A stretch of DNA of 64,000 bases. Source: Chiloscyllium plagiosum (taxonomy: Eukaryota). The DNA lies in the NCBI RefSeq assembly GCF_004010195.1, contig NC_057751.1:2083305-2147304 (forward strand). The letters run 5' to 3'. The first letter of the stretch is position 1. Every line of letters starts with the position of its first letter. A program made the translations under genes and the position numbers. The notes under the pieces were generated by a model. That model was not told the DNA's origin and searched no databases. It saw only the letters and a list, made by a program, of their open reading frames with translations. Below are positions 52,544 through 64,000 of the stretch, in pieces.

Positions 52544-54571
52544 TACTTTAATGCAAGAAGTGTAAAGAATAAGGATGACAAACTCAGAGCATGGAGCAAT
52601 ATCTGGAACTATGACATTGTGGCCATTATGGAGACTTGAATATCACAGGGGCAGGAACAGTTGTTGGATGTTCCAGGGTTTAGATGTTTCAAAAGGAATC
52701 GGGAGGGAGGTAAAAGAGAAGGGGGAGTGGTATTCTCAGGGATAATCTGGGATAGTTTCATATTTACGAAAGGGAGATTGTCGAGGAGGGTTTGTTGACT
52801 GAGTCAGTATGGGTGGAAGTCAGAAACAGGAAAAGAGCAGTCACTTTATTGGGTTTTCCACATGCCCCCCCCCCAATAGCAACAGAGATATAGAGGAGCA
52901 GATTGGGAGACAGGTTTTGGAAAGATGCGGGTGTACAGGATTGTTGTCATGGGTGATTTTAACTTTCCTAATATTGATTGGAGCAGTTTTTGTCAAGTGT
53001 GTCCAGGAAGGATTCTTGACTTAATATGTAGATCGGCCATCTAGAGGGGGAGCCATATTGGATTTGGTGCTTGGCAATGAACCAGGCCAAGTGTCAGATC
53101 TCTTGATGGGAAAGCATTTTGGTGATAGTGTTCACAACACCTTGACCTTTACTGTAGTCTTGGAGAGGGATAGGAGCAGGCGGTATGAGAAAGTATTTAA
53201 TTGGATGAAGAGAAAATACAATGCTATTAGGCAGGAACTGTGAGGCATAAATTGGGAACAGATATTCTCAGGGAAATGCACTACAGAAATGTGGAGGTTG
53301 TTTAGGAAACACCTGCTGATCATGCTGGACAGGTTTGTCCCACTGAGGCAAGGAAGGGAGGGGAGGGTGAAAGAACCTTGGATGACAAGGGATGTGGAAC
53401 ACCTAGTCAAGAAGAAGAAGGAACCTTACTTAAATTTGAGGAGACAAGGATCAGACAGGGTCAAGAGGGTTACAAGGTAGCCAGGAAGAAACTGAAGAAT
53501 GGACTTAGGAGAGCTGGACGGGGGGGCATGAGAAAGCTTTAGCGGGTTGGATGAAGGAAAACCTGAAGGCATTCTACACTTAGGTGAGAAACAAGAGGAT
53601 GGCCAGAGTGAGGGTGGGGCCGATCAGAAATACTGGAAGGAACTTGTGCCTGGAGTTGGAGGATGTAGGGGAGGTTCTTAATGAATACTCTGCTTCAGTA
53701 TTCAATACTGAGAAGACCTTGATATTTCTGAGGACAGCGTGAAACAGACTGATATGCCAGAACAGATTGAAGTTAGGAAGGAGGATCACTGAAAATTTTG
53801 AAAAACTTGAGGATGGATAAATTCCATGGGCTAGGCGGGATGGATAGATTCCCAAGCGTATTACAGGGAGTGAAGGGAGAGATTGCTGCACCTTTGGCAA
53901 TGATCTTTGCATCTTCACTGTCCACTGGAGTAGATCAGATGACTGGAGGGTGGCAAATGATATTCCCTTGTTCAAGAAAGGGAATAGGGATAATCCTGGG
54001 AATTAAGACCAGTCAGTCTTGCGTGAGTGGTGGACAAAGCATTGGAGAAGACTCTGACAGACAGGATTTATGATTATTTGGTAAACCATACCTTGATTAG
54101 AGATAGGAGAAAGTGAGGACTGCAGATAGTCAGCATGGCTTTGTGAGGGGCAGGTCATGCCTCACAAACCTTATCGAATTCTTTGAGGATGTGGCGAAAT
54201 AACGTTGATGAAGGCAGAGCAGTGGATGTGGTGTACATGAATTTTAGCAAAATATTTGATAAGATTCCTCATGATGGGTTCATTCAGAAAGTAAGGAGGC
54301 ATAGAATACAGGGAAATTTGGGTGTCTGGATACAGAATTGGCTGGCCCATTGAAGACAGAGGGTGGTGATAGGCAGCAAATATTCAGCCTGAAGCTCGGT
54401 GACCAGTGGTGATCTGCAGGGATCAGTTCTGGGAGTTCTGCTCTTTGTGATCTTTATAAGTGACTTGGATGAGGAAGTGGAAGGGTGGGTTAGTAAGTTT
54501 GCAGATGACATGAAGGTTGGTGGAGTTGTAAATAATGTTGTCGGTTGCAATGAGACATTGACAGGACGCAG

Positions 54572-54700
54572 GATCTAGATTAGAATGGTGCTAGAAAAGC
54601 ACAGCAGTTCAGGCAGCATCCGAGGAGCAGGAAAATCGACGTTTTGGGCAAAAGCCCTTCATCAGGAATACAGGCAGAGTGCCTGCAGGGTGAAGAGATA
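54572..54700 (-). mobile_element. Family-A PLE pseudo-LTR insertion
   Basis: rc attcCTGATGAagggcttttgcccAAAACGTC (GAAA mutated); imperfect TSD attgacaggacgcag / attaacaggatgcag. Confidence 0.8.
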
Positions 54701-57174
54701 ATTAACAGGATGCAGAACTGGGCTGATAGGTGGCATATGGAGTTCAACCTGGAAAAGTGTGAAGTCATTCACTTTGGAAGGTCAAATTTGAATGCAGAAT
54801 GCAGGGTTAAAGGCTGGATACTTGCCTGTGTGGAGGAATAGAGGGATCTTGGGATCCATGCCCATAGATTCCTCCAAGTTGCCACCCAGGTTGATAGAGT
54901 TGTTAAGAAGGCAAGTAGTGTATTGGCTTTCATTAGCAGGGGGACTGAGTTTAAGAGCTGCGAGGTTATGCTGCAGCTCTACAAAGCACTGGTTAGACCA
55001 TACTTGGTATATTGTGTTCAGTTCTGGTTGCCTCATTATAAGAAGGATGTGGAAGCTTCAGAGATGATGCAGAGGAGACTTACCATGATTCTGCCTGGAC
55101 TGGAGGGCATGTCTTATGAAGAAAGGTTGATGGAGCTAGGGCTTTTCTCAATGGAGCAAAGAAGGATGAGAGGTGACTTGATAGAGATGTACAAGATGTT
55201 GGAAGCCATAGAGTGGATAGACAGAGATTTTTTCCATGGTGGAAACGTCCAACGTGAGGGTGCATAATTTTAAGATAATTCGAGGAAGGTTTAGGGGTGA
55301 CATCAGAGGTAGGCTCTTTACTCAGAGAGTGGTGGGTGCGTGGAATGCACTGCCAGCCGTGGTAGTACAGTCAGATACATTAGTGACATTTAAGTGACTC
55401 CTGGCTCAACACATGCAAGTTAGTATAATAAAGGGTGTGAAGGTTAATCTGATTTTAGAGTAGGATAAAGGCCGACATAACATTGAGGGCTGAAGGGACT
55501 GTACTGTGCTGTACTGTTCTATGTTCTGACTATCCTTGCCTCTTCAAATGCATGTAAATCCTGTCTCTCAGGATCCCCTCCAACAACTTACCCTCCACTG
55601 AAGTCAGCCTCACCAGTCTGTAATTGTCAGGCTTCTCGTTAATGAAGAGGCCACAGGGTTTACTGCCAAAAATAACTTCTTGACTTAGCAGAAGAGTCAA
55701 GAAATTAGACTTGTCTTGGTGGACTACCAGGACTTTGGGACACTATTCCCTGCTTAAAGGTCTCTCTTTAAGGCATGGAGCTTCCAGATGTAGTATTCAA
55801 TCGCTCAATGTTCTGTGTTTGATTATTTGTGTCTCAAACTGATATAGGCTCATTCCACTTAATTAGTTCGGCATGATGTGATGACTAAGAAAAGCAAACA
55901 AATTGTTTAAAGAGCTGGAAGCTGGAGTTGAATCACTGACTAGACATTTTAATGTCCTGTAAATAAAATGTGTTGCAAGCATACACTATAATTTATGCAA
56001 GATTCTGAATCATCTAAAATAGACAACACAAACTCCAATAGCTTGTTGGACAATTGCAAGGAAGTGGTTTCCTAATGGAGAATGGGAGACTGTTTTGTCA
56101 CTATTCGAAGAGTTGACATAAGAGGTTCCACTGGCTACCTGCCTCTATTCTACAGGCAGCCACTTTATATCCGACCATGTCAGAAACCCATCACAACATG
56201 TCTGTCAGCCATTTTGCTGGTCCTGCCATCTCCCAAAATCCTGCCCTGTCTCCTTGCAACTGGCAAAATTATGTTTTGTTGATTGACCTTCCAGTTTGGA
56301 AGTACTGCGTTTTTGCTTCATTGATCTGGGATAGTAAGAATGAATTGACAATACCTTGAAAGGGAGAGCCTTTTCATTGGATGATGTGTTTTATCCATGT
56401 GTTTCGTGTGTGTCTTTGTGGTGTGTGCGTGTGTGCATGGGCGCACATGCTATTGTTAGCAGGGATCGAAGAGAAATGGAACAAAGGCAGGTTAATGGAG
56501 TTCAACTATCGATCACCAAAGATCTGATCAACAGGGGAAAGGTTCAAGAACTACTTATGTTCCTATCGTGACAGGACTATATCACATAATTACAGCTATA
56601 CTGAGCATTGTCATGGATATACATTCATTTTCATTACAAACAAAATGCTCGAGACAGGCCATTTGGTGAATCTTGTTTCAATCTGCAGTTCACCAGTGCA
56701 GCATCAAAATTTTCATTTCAGCATTCCAGGGTATTTTTTTCTTCAGAGCTGCATCAGTCAATTATTGATCATTCTCTGGACGAACTTCCTAATATCATTC
56801 CCAAGCTTGGGTTTGATGGTTGATGCTGTATTCACTCTGCAACCTCTCAGTTTATTTTAAGTCATATTCCTGTTACATCTTTTCTATTCTCTGTTGTAAT
56901 TCAATATATCCTTCTTTTCCAAACAAACAGCCTCGCTCCTGTATTTTTTTCATCAGAAATCAGGATCTATACTGTGTGAATGAGCCTCATAGCTCTACAA
57001 ACTCACTGACCAGAATTGGACCCAATACTGAAGGTGGTGATTGACCAAATGTTCTCGTTGAGAATGGTGAAATTCTGGAGCTCACTATGACCTGGAGTGG
57101 TTGTGATATTAATGATGCATTTCAGGGGAAACCAGATAAATACATGAGATTAAAAGGAACAGTAATGCCAGGAA

Positions 57175-58225
57175 AATGCGAGGTGGAAGATCCAATTCAA
57201 GAGTGAACTGTATGTCAAATGGAAAAACAATGGGGAAAATTGATGTACAGAGAGATCTGGATGTTCAGGTCCACTGTGCCCTGAAGGTGGCAATGCAGGT
57301 CGATAGAGTGGTCACGAAGGCATACGGCATGCTTTCCTTCATTGAACAAGGATTGAGTACAAGAGTTGACAGAGGATTCGCAGTAGGGTTAAAATCAACG
57401 AGATAAAAACAATGACTGCAGATGCTGGAAACCAGATTCTGGATTAGTGGTGCTGCACCTTCATCCCCTCCCCCACTCACCCATTGTACTCTATGCTACT
57501 TTCTCCCCACCCCCACCCTCCTCTAGCTTATCTCTCCACGCTTCAGGCTCACTGCCTTTATTCCTGATGAAGGGCTTTTACCCGAAACGTCGATTTCGCT
57601 GCTCCTTGGATGCTGCCTGAACTGCTGAGCTCTTCCAGCACCATTAATCCAGAATACAAGAGTTGACAGGTCAGGTTACAGTGCAGAAGACTTTGGTTTG
57701 GCCACAGTTGGAATGCTGCATACAATTCTGGTCACCACATTACCAAAAGGATTTGGCGGCTTTGGAGAGGATGCAGAGAAGGTTCACCAGGATGTTGCCT
57801 GGTATGGAAGGCATTAGCTATGAAGGGAGGTTAAGTAGATTAGGATTATTTTTATTTGAAAGACAGAGTTGGAGGGGATCTGAGAGGTATAGACAGGGTG
57901 GATAGCAAGAAGAGTGGGGGGGAACTCAATTACTGGGGGTCATGAGTTCAAGGTGAGAAGGGAAAAGTTTAAGGGAGATATGCATGTAAAGTTCTTTACG
58001 CAGAGGGTGGTGGGGGCCTGGAATGTGTTACCAGTGGAGGTGGTAGGGGCGGGCATGATAGCATCATTTAAGATGCATCTAGACAGATACATGAATGGGC
58101 AGGGAGCAGAGGGATACAGATCCCTGGAAAATAGGTGACAGGTTTAGGTAGAAGATTTGGATTTGCGCAGACTTGGAGGGCCCAAGGGCCTGTTCCTATG
58201 CTGTAATTTTCTTTGTTCTTTGTTT
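57175..58225 (+). mobile_element. CR1-type 3' fragment
   Basis: QFWSPHYQKDLAALERMQRRFTRMLPG; tctttgttctttgtt tail. Confidence 0.85.
57373..57654. mobile_element. Family-A PLE pseudo-LTR insertion with an inverted terminus and an intact hammerhead core
   Basis: 15-bp TSD tacaagagttgacag (57358-57372, 57655-57669); CTGATGAagggcttttacccGAAACGTC at 57564-57591. Confidence 0.85.
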
Positions 58226-58707
58226 TCTTCTTTACTGTTGGAGTGAGATGAAGTCAGGTGGGAGGACACTGTTGAGAACCCAATATCCTTGCATGGACTG
58301 GCTGAACTAAATCATCTGTTTCTGTGTAATTCTGCATATAGCCCCCTCAGATATTCTATGCTCAGTGTTCTAATTAGATATCTTCATACTTGCTTCTGAG
58401 TATGCTTGTATTACAAGAACCTCCCCACGTCTCAGAGTGTGTGAAAGAAACCCAACTCCTGCTTTAATTTTACTGCAATGGTGGTGTTGTCCTTGCAAAG
58501 TCAGAGCTCATGAACAAATGGATTGAGTTAAAAACAAACTCGCTGTTTCAAAAGAACAAAGAAATAATAAACTGCAAAGAATAGGACAGCACAGAAACAG
58601 ACTTTTTGGCCCACCAAGACTGCACTGACACATATCTTTCTCAACTAAAAACTTTTTGCCTCTATCGGGTCTGTATCCCTCTATTCTCTACTTATTCATT
58701 TATCTGT

Positions 58708-58970
58708 TGTGGTTCTGTTCGCCGAGCTGGGAATTTGTGTTGCAGACGTTTCGTCCCCTGTCTAGGTGACATCCTCAGTGCTTGGGAGCCTCCTGTGAAG
58801 CGCTTCTGCGATGTTTCCACTATAAATGCCAGAGGAAACATCACAGAAGCGCTTCACAGGAGGCTCCCAAGCACTGAGGATGTCACCTAGACATGGGAAC
58901 GAAAGGTCTGCAACACAAATTCCCAGCTCAGCGAGCAGAACCACAACAACGAGCACCTGAACTACAAATC
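58708..58970. mobile_element. PLE pseudo-LTR foldback insertion, family C
   Basis: ~116-bp arms (58705-58821 and 58831-58948); 15-bp TSD tattcatttatctgt at 58693-58707 and 58971-58985. Confidence 0.88.
58742..58781 (-). ncRNA. Minimal type-I hammerhead ribozyme motif, family C
   Basis: rc gca-CUGAGGA-u-gucaccu/agac/aggggac-GAAACGUC-ugc; stem I gca/ugc. Confidence 0.72.
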
Positions 58971-60320
58971 TATTCATTTATCTGTCAAATGCATCTTAAA
59001 CATTGCGATTGTATCTCCTTTCACCACCACTTCTGACAGCTCATTCCATTCACTTAAGACCCTTTGTATAAAAAGGTGCCTCTCACATCTCCTTTAAATT
59101 TACACCAATTACCTTAAACCTGTGTCCCCGAGTAATTAACATTTCTATCCTGGGACAAAGACTGTGACTATCCAGTCTATCCACACCTCTCATAATTTTG
59201 TAAACTTTTATCAGGTTACCCTTCAACTTGCAACAAATGAAAACAAACCAAGTTTCCAATCTGTCCTCATAGCTAATAACCCCTAAACCAGGCAATATCC
59301 TCATAAGCATTTTCTGTATGCTTTCCAAAGACTCCACATCCCTCTTGTGATATGACAACCAGATCAATATTCCAAATGTGGCCTAACTGAAGTTCTACAA
59401 TAGCTGCAACATGACTTGCCAATTTCTATACTCCACGCTGTGACCAATGAAGGCAGCCATGCCATACACCTTCCTGAACACTTTATCTCCTTGTGTTGCC
59501 ACTTTCAGGAAACTGTGGACCCATCCATCTCAATCCCTCTGTATGTTGATGCTACTGATGGTTTTGACATGCACTGTATACTTTCCTTCTGTATACTTCT
59601 TGTATACTTCCCAAATTCTGCCACCCTGCACTTGTCTATGTTAAACTCCATCTGGCATTTCTCTGCCGAAGTCTCCAGCTTATCTGTATACTGGTGTGTC
59701 CTCCTCACGATCTGAAGCGCCCCCCATCTTTATGTTGTCCGCAAACTTATGAATCAGGCCATCTGCATTCTCCTCCAAATCATTTACATCTATTACAACA
59801 GGGCTCCCAGCACCTATCGTCACCTAACACCATGGGTCACAGATCTCCAGTTAGAAAAACACACTTCTGCCACTATTCCCTGTCTATTTTGACCAGGCCA
59901 GTTCTGTATCCAGCTCACTGTGGATCCCACGTGACTTAACATTTTCTGTCAGCCTACCTTGAGGGAACTTGTCAAAGGCCTTGCTAAAGTTCATGAAAGC
60001 AACATCTACTGCCTCATCAATCATCTTTGTCACTTTCTCAAAAACCTCAATTAACTTTGTGAGGCACAATCTTCCCTGCACAAAGCCATGGGAAATGGAC
60101 AGCATTTATCATTTATCATAGTATTCTGCAGCCATTCTGTTCAGCTCTTCTCCGGGCATGTAGGGTGCTGACAGGTAGTTTGTATTTGACACATTGTCTT
60201 AATACCTATTTCCTGAGATATTCATGTCAGAAGTACAGTTGCTGGTAGATGGTGCTCAATCAGATGGTATTGTTGTCCCATCTTCAGGCTAATTTGAGTG
60301 TATAGCACTGGTAGGTGTTT

Positions 60321-62077
60321 GCAATTTTGGAGATTTGTAGCTCAGGTTGTGGATGATGTTGCCTATTTGCTCACTGAGCTGGTGGGCTTGTTTTCAGACA
60401 TTTTGTCACCATGTCAGGTAACATCATCCGTGAGTCTCTGTGAAGCATCCATGCTGCCTATCCACAAATATGAATGAGAAATTACACGCCAAAAAAATTT
60501 GTACACAAATGCAACTGACCATGAATGGATAGCTACGCTAGAATGAGCCATTAACATTAAATAACAGCAGAACAGGACTAAGAAAAGACTGGCCCCACAG
60601 GAAAATCTATCCAAGCTCACACAGAGCAACAGCACGGACAATTCAGAGACTGAGATAAGAAACCTACCTGACTGATCACCCATAGACACCAAAAAAGCCG
60701 TCCTGGTACAAGGGATGAATGACAACCACAGGGATGTGGACAAAAAGGGGTCTGGCAGCAATAGAATCCACCTTAAAAGACAATAGACTTACCCAGCAGA
60801 CCATCAAACAGACAATAGTGCCAGCAATAAGCAGAAAGAAAGAAGGTATCACTCTCAATACACTTGAAAGGGAAGCCCTGGAAAGACTCAGAAAAGACAG
60901 AAGTATTGTAATCCTACCTGTGGACAAAGGGCACATGACCGTCATCCTGAATAGGACACAGTATACTGAAAGACCAAATACATGACGAACCGATACCATT
61001 ACCTACCAACAGGTGAGAGGGACCTGATTCCACAGCTAGCAAACAGCATTACAGCGACCCTGAGAAATGACATAAGACAGGTGAAGTTAACAAGACTTCC
61101 AAAGAATGTAACCAGAAGAGTCCAATACACCCTGATTGTGCAGACAAGGGCCTCCCTCAGACACACAGTCTCACTTCTGGGACACATACAGGCTAGAAAA
61201 GGAACTGCAATGAAAACTAAAATACCTGGCAGAAGACTCAACCCATTCCACCCAGAACATCATCAAAGACACCAAGATAGAGGACAATGAGGTGATAGCT
61301 TTTTTCAACATGACAGCCCTATTCACATCAATTAACATCACCCTAGCCAAAGAAACACTGGCCTCACTGCGAGATAAACCAAGGATACAACACCCAACAG
61401 TGCCAACTCCATTAGCAAACTACTGGACCTGTGCCTTACAACCCAGTTCATCTTCAACAATAAGCTATGCAAGCAAATCAACGGGACGTCTATGTGATCA
61501 CCAATATTAGGACTTATAGAAGCAGTAATGCAGAGGTTAGAATAAACAGCCCTTCCCACGGTCCAGCCAAGGCTTTGGGTCCACTATGGAGATGACACTG
61601 TTGTCATCACGAAACACAACAAACTAGAAGAAATCCACATACATAAACACCAGTATAAAATTCACCAAGAGGAAGAAAACAATAACTGACTCCCTTTCTT
61701 GGACATTATGGTCGAACAAAAAGCTATTGGAGATCTGCAAACCAGCATTTACAGGAAGGCACACATACTGACCAAATACTCAACTACAGAAGCAACCATC
61801 CCAACACCCACAAATGGAGCTGCATCAGGACACTATTTAAATGAGCCACAACACACTGCAGCACCCTGAAACAATGAGAAGTCGAGAAGAAATACTGTAT
61901 TCAGGAACAACGGTTACCTAATAATCACAGTCTGCTGATTCCTGCACAATGCACCAGAGGCTCAGTAATGATGCTACCGAGCATGGTGATGGGACGTCTG
62001 AAAACAAACCTACCAGCTCAACGAGCAAACCGACAACCTAATCCAAAACCTGAGCTGTAAATCTTCTCCAAAATCTC
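60321..62077 (+). mobile_element. Penelope-like element RT remnant flanked by inverted pseudo-LTRs
   Basis: EREALERLRKDRSIVILPVDKGHMTVILNR, TALFTSIN, WVHYGDDT (YVDD-like), PFLDI, THTDQILNYRSNHP; pLTRs at ~60321-60447 (rc) and ~61953-62077. Confidence 0.88.
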
Positions 62078-62930
62078 AAATCATTAAGTCCATATTTTTC
62101 CAAATGTGAGGAAATCTGATTCCTGAGAATTTTTATTCCTGAGAATAATTTCCCTCCCAGTGAAATAAGGCTCACTCTTCCATAATTTCCCAGAAGGGAT
62201 CAAGTAAGAATCTGCTGACCAGCAGGTGGTGAGAGTAGGGAGTGAGATTTGCATTAAAACTTACAATTTATCCATCACACCCAGAGTAGTCCATGTTTAG
62301 CCCGATTTTCAATCATACAAACCCGATTTTCAATCATACAAGATATCCATGAAATAGGCCAAATTCTCTCCCACATCCGCATGTCCTATTGCAGCATTGC
62401 AAATTGGAAAACTTTGTTGGTAAGGTTTGTTGTCTCATTACCCTGGGCTAGTTCTGTTACTTGGTAGCAAATATGATACATGAGCAGATATGCAAGTCCC
62501 TCCTCAAAAGATAAGGAGCATGGTGCAATTTCAAATTCTACCAGATCTCATTCAAGGACCCTGCTTCCAAATGAAAACATAAACAACTGACAGAAATTCA
62601 ATGTGCTCCATCCAATGCAAAATCAGTTCAGATCAACAGGACCATCCAGCCCACTAATCCCAACCATTCAGAGTTCCAGCTGCTCTCTCAATGAGCACAG
62701 TCTCCTGGTTCCAATCAAAACCCCTGTTAATTTTGCTGGTCATCTTGATCTCACAAAATACATTACTGGGAAAAAAAGAGTACAAAACTATGAGAAAAGA
62801 TTGTGAGAATGGACCTATATTCCACAAATTTCATGAGAGGTGATCTGAATCAAATGGATAAAAGTTTAAGTGGGGTTGACAGTGCCAATGCTGAGAGACT
62901 TTCTCCCCAGGCTAGAATTTTTATAAATAT

Positions 62931-63191
62931 GGAGAAAGTGAGGACTGCAGATGCGGGAGAGTCAGAGTTGAAAAATGTGGCACTGGAAAAGCACAGCAGG
63001 TCAGGCAGCTTCCGAGGAGCAGGAGAGTCGATGCGATGGGCATAGGTTAGGCCCCCACTCCCCTATTTATTTCTCAGCCCCTTTCCCCCTCCACATTCCT
63101 GATGAAGGGCTTATGCCCGAAACATCGTCTCTCCTGCTCCTCGGATGCTGCCTGACTTGCTGTGCTTTTCCAACGCCAAACTTTTCAACTC
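62931..63191. mobile_element. Family-A PLE pseudo-LTR foldback insertion
   Basis: Imperfect TSD tttttataaatatgg / tttttatacatatgg; CTGATGAagggcttatgcccGAAACATC at 63099-63126. Confidence 0.83.
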
Positions 63192-63414
63192 TTTTTATAC
63201 ATATGGGCATGCATCTCAGAATAAGAGGGTCAGCCATTTAGGAATAAGTTGAAAAGTCAGTTCCTCACTTAATTATGAATGTTTTGAATCATCTACTCCA
63301 CAGAACAGTAGCTCTTCAATGCTTGGGCACAATTCAAGTTGAGAACAAACTGAGTAGTTTTGAACACTAAAGGGATTCAAAGGATTACAGTACAATGTAG
63401 GAAAGTGCATTTAT

Positions 63415-63765
63415 ATAATCATAGAATCCTGACAGTGAGAAAACAGGTCCTTTGGCCCAATAAGTGCACACCATCCCTCCAAAGAGTGACCCACCCCGAC
63501 CCATTCCCCTACCATATTATCCTATATTTACCCCTTTACTAATGTACCTAACCTACACACCCCTGAACACTATGGGCAATTTAGCATGACCAATTCACCT
63601 AACCAGCACATCTTTGGACTGTGGGAGAAAACTGGAGCAACCGGAGGAAACCCACACAAACACAGGAAGAATGTGCAAACTCCACACAGACAGTTGCCTG
63701 AGGCTAGAATCGAACCTGGGTCCCTCATACTGTGATACAGCAGTGCTAACCACTAAGCCACCATG
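63415..63765 (-). mobile_element. V-SINE (HE1-like), older copy
   Basis: ggactgtgggagaaaactggagcaaccggaggaaacccacac...cagcagtgctaaccact. Confidence 0.85.
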
Positions 63766-64000
63766 GAGCTATCATGGTTTTTTCATTGTCACTAGACCAT
63801 AACCTGGAAACCCCCTCCTCCAATGCAGTGGACTGTAATCATTTAAGAATGTGGCTCAAATTCATCTTGAGCTGTTAGGGTGAAGCAACAAACGTTGGCT
63901 TTGTTACTGCCACTCAAATCTTGTGAATGAATATATACGTCATGAATTAGCATCAATTGATACAAATAGTCTATTTTCTTTCATTCTTGAGCTACAGCCG

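Larger units (their letters stand above)
51311..55528 (+). mobile_element. Near full-length CR1-type LINE (ORF1 to tail), degenerate, hosting three PLE-derived inserts
   Basis: CEKCTQLQLLTDHVRE, IGTNNI...VVISGLLPV (SGNH), endonuclease and RT motifs; ttctatgttct tail. Confidence 0.88.
58575..60090 (-). mobile_element. Old CR1-type 3' fragment
   Basis: HGFVQGRLCLTKLIE...NFSKAFDKFPQG. Confidence 0.8.

Noticed and set aside
56082..56282. Possible next GFRA exon (acceptor tctattctacag at 56155, phase-compatible, with cysteines and a hydrophobic end)
   Set aside because: It lacks the expected SRLxDF...C domain-3 continuation and I see no other support; RNA-seq would be needed
1..64000. CRISPR array or prokaryotic defence system suggested by recurring palindromes and RT ORFs
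   Set aside because: The repeats are dispersed with TSDs rather than regularly spaced, the RTs are eukaryotic non-LTR or PLE types, and a spliceosomal exon is present

Overview
Vertebrate genomic DNA, most likely a shark (inferred from V-SINE/HE1-type SINEs, dense CR1-type LINEs and Penelope repeats). The only host-gene sequence I can support is one 346-bp internal exon (21536-21881, +) of a GDNF-family receptor alpha, closest in motifs to GFRA2. The rest looks intronic and is mostly nested retroelements: CR1, L2-like, Rex1/Babar, Penelope-like elements (PLEs) and SINEs. The most notable unexplained structure is about a dozen short non-coding insertions derived from PLE pseudo-LTRs, in at least three sequence families. 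Many are foldback hairpins, most have 12-16 bp target-site duplications (TSDs), and they carry minimal type-I hammerhead ribozyme cores (CUGANGA...GAAA-CGUC or -GCUA), intact in some copies and mutated in others. Also present: a ~140-bp inverted-repeat pair enclosing nested insertions, a TE-free motif-rich island that may be an enhancer, and two assembly gaps. Boundaries of old repeats are approximate, and no database searches were run.
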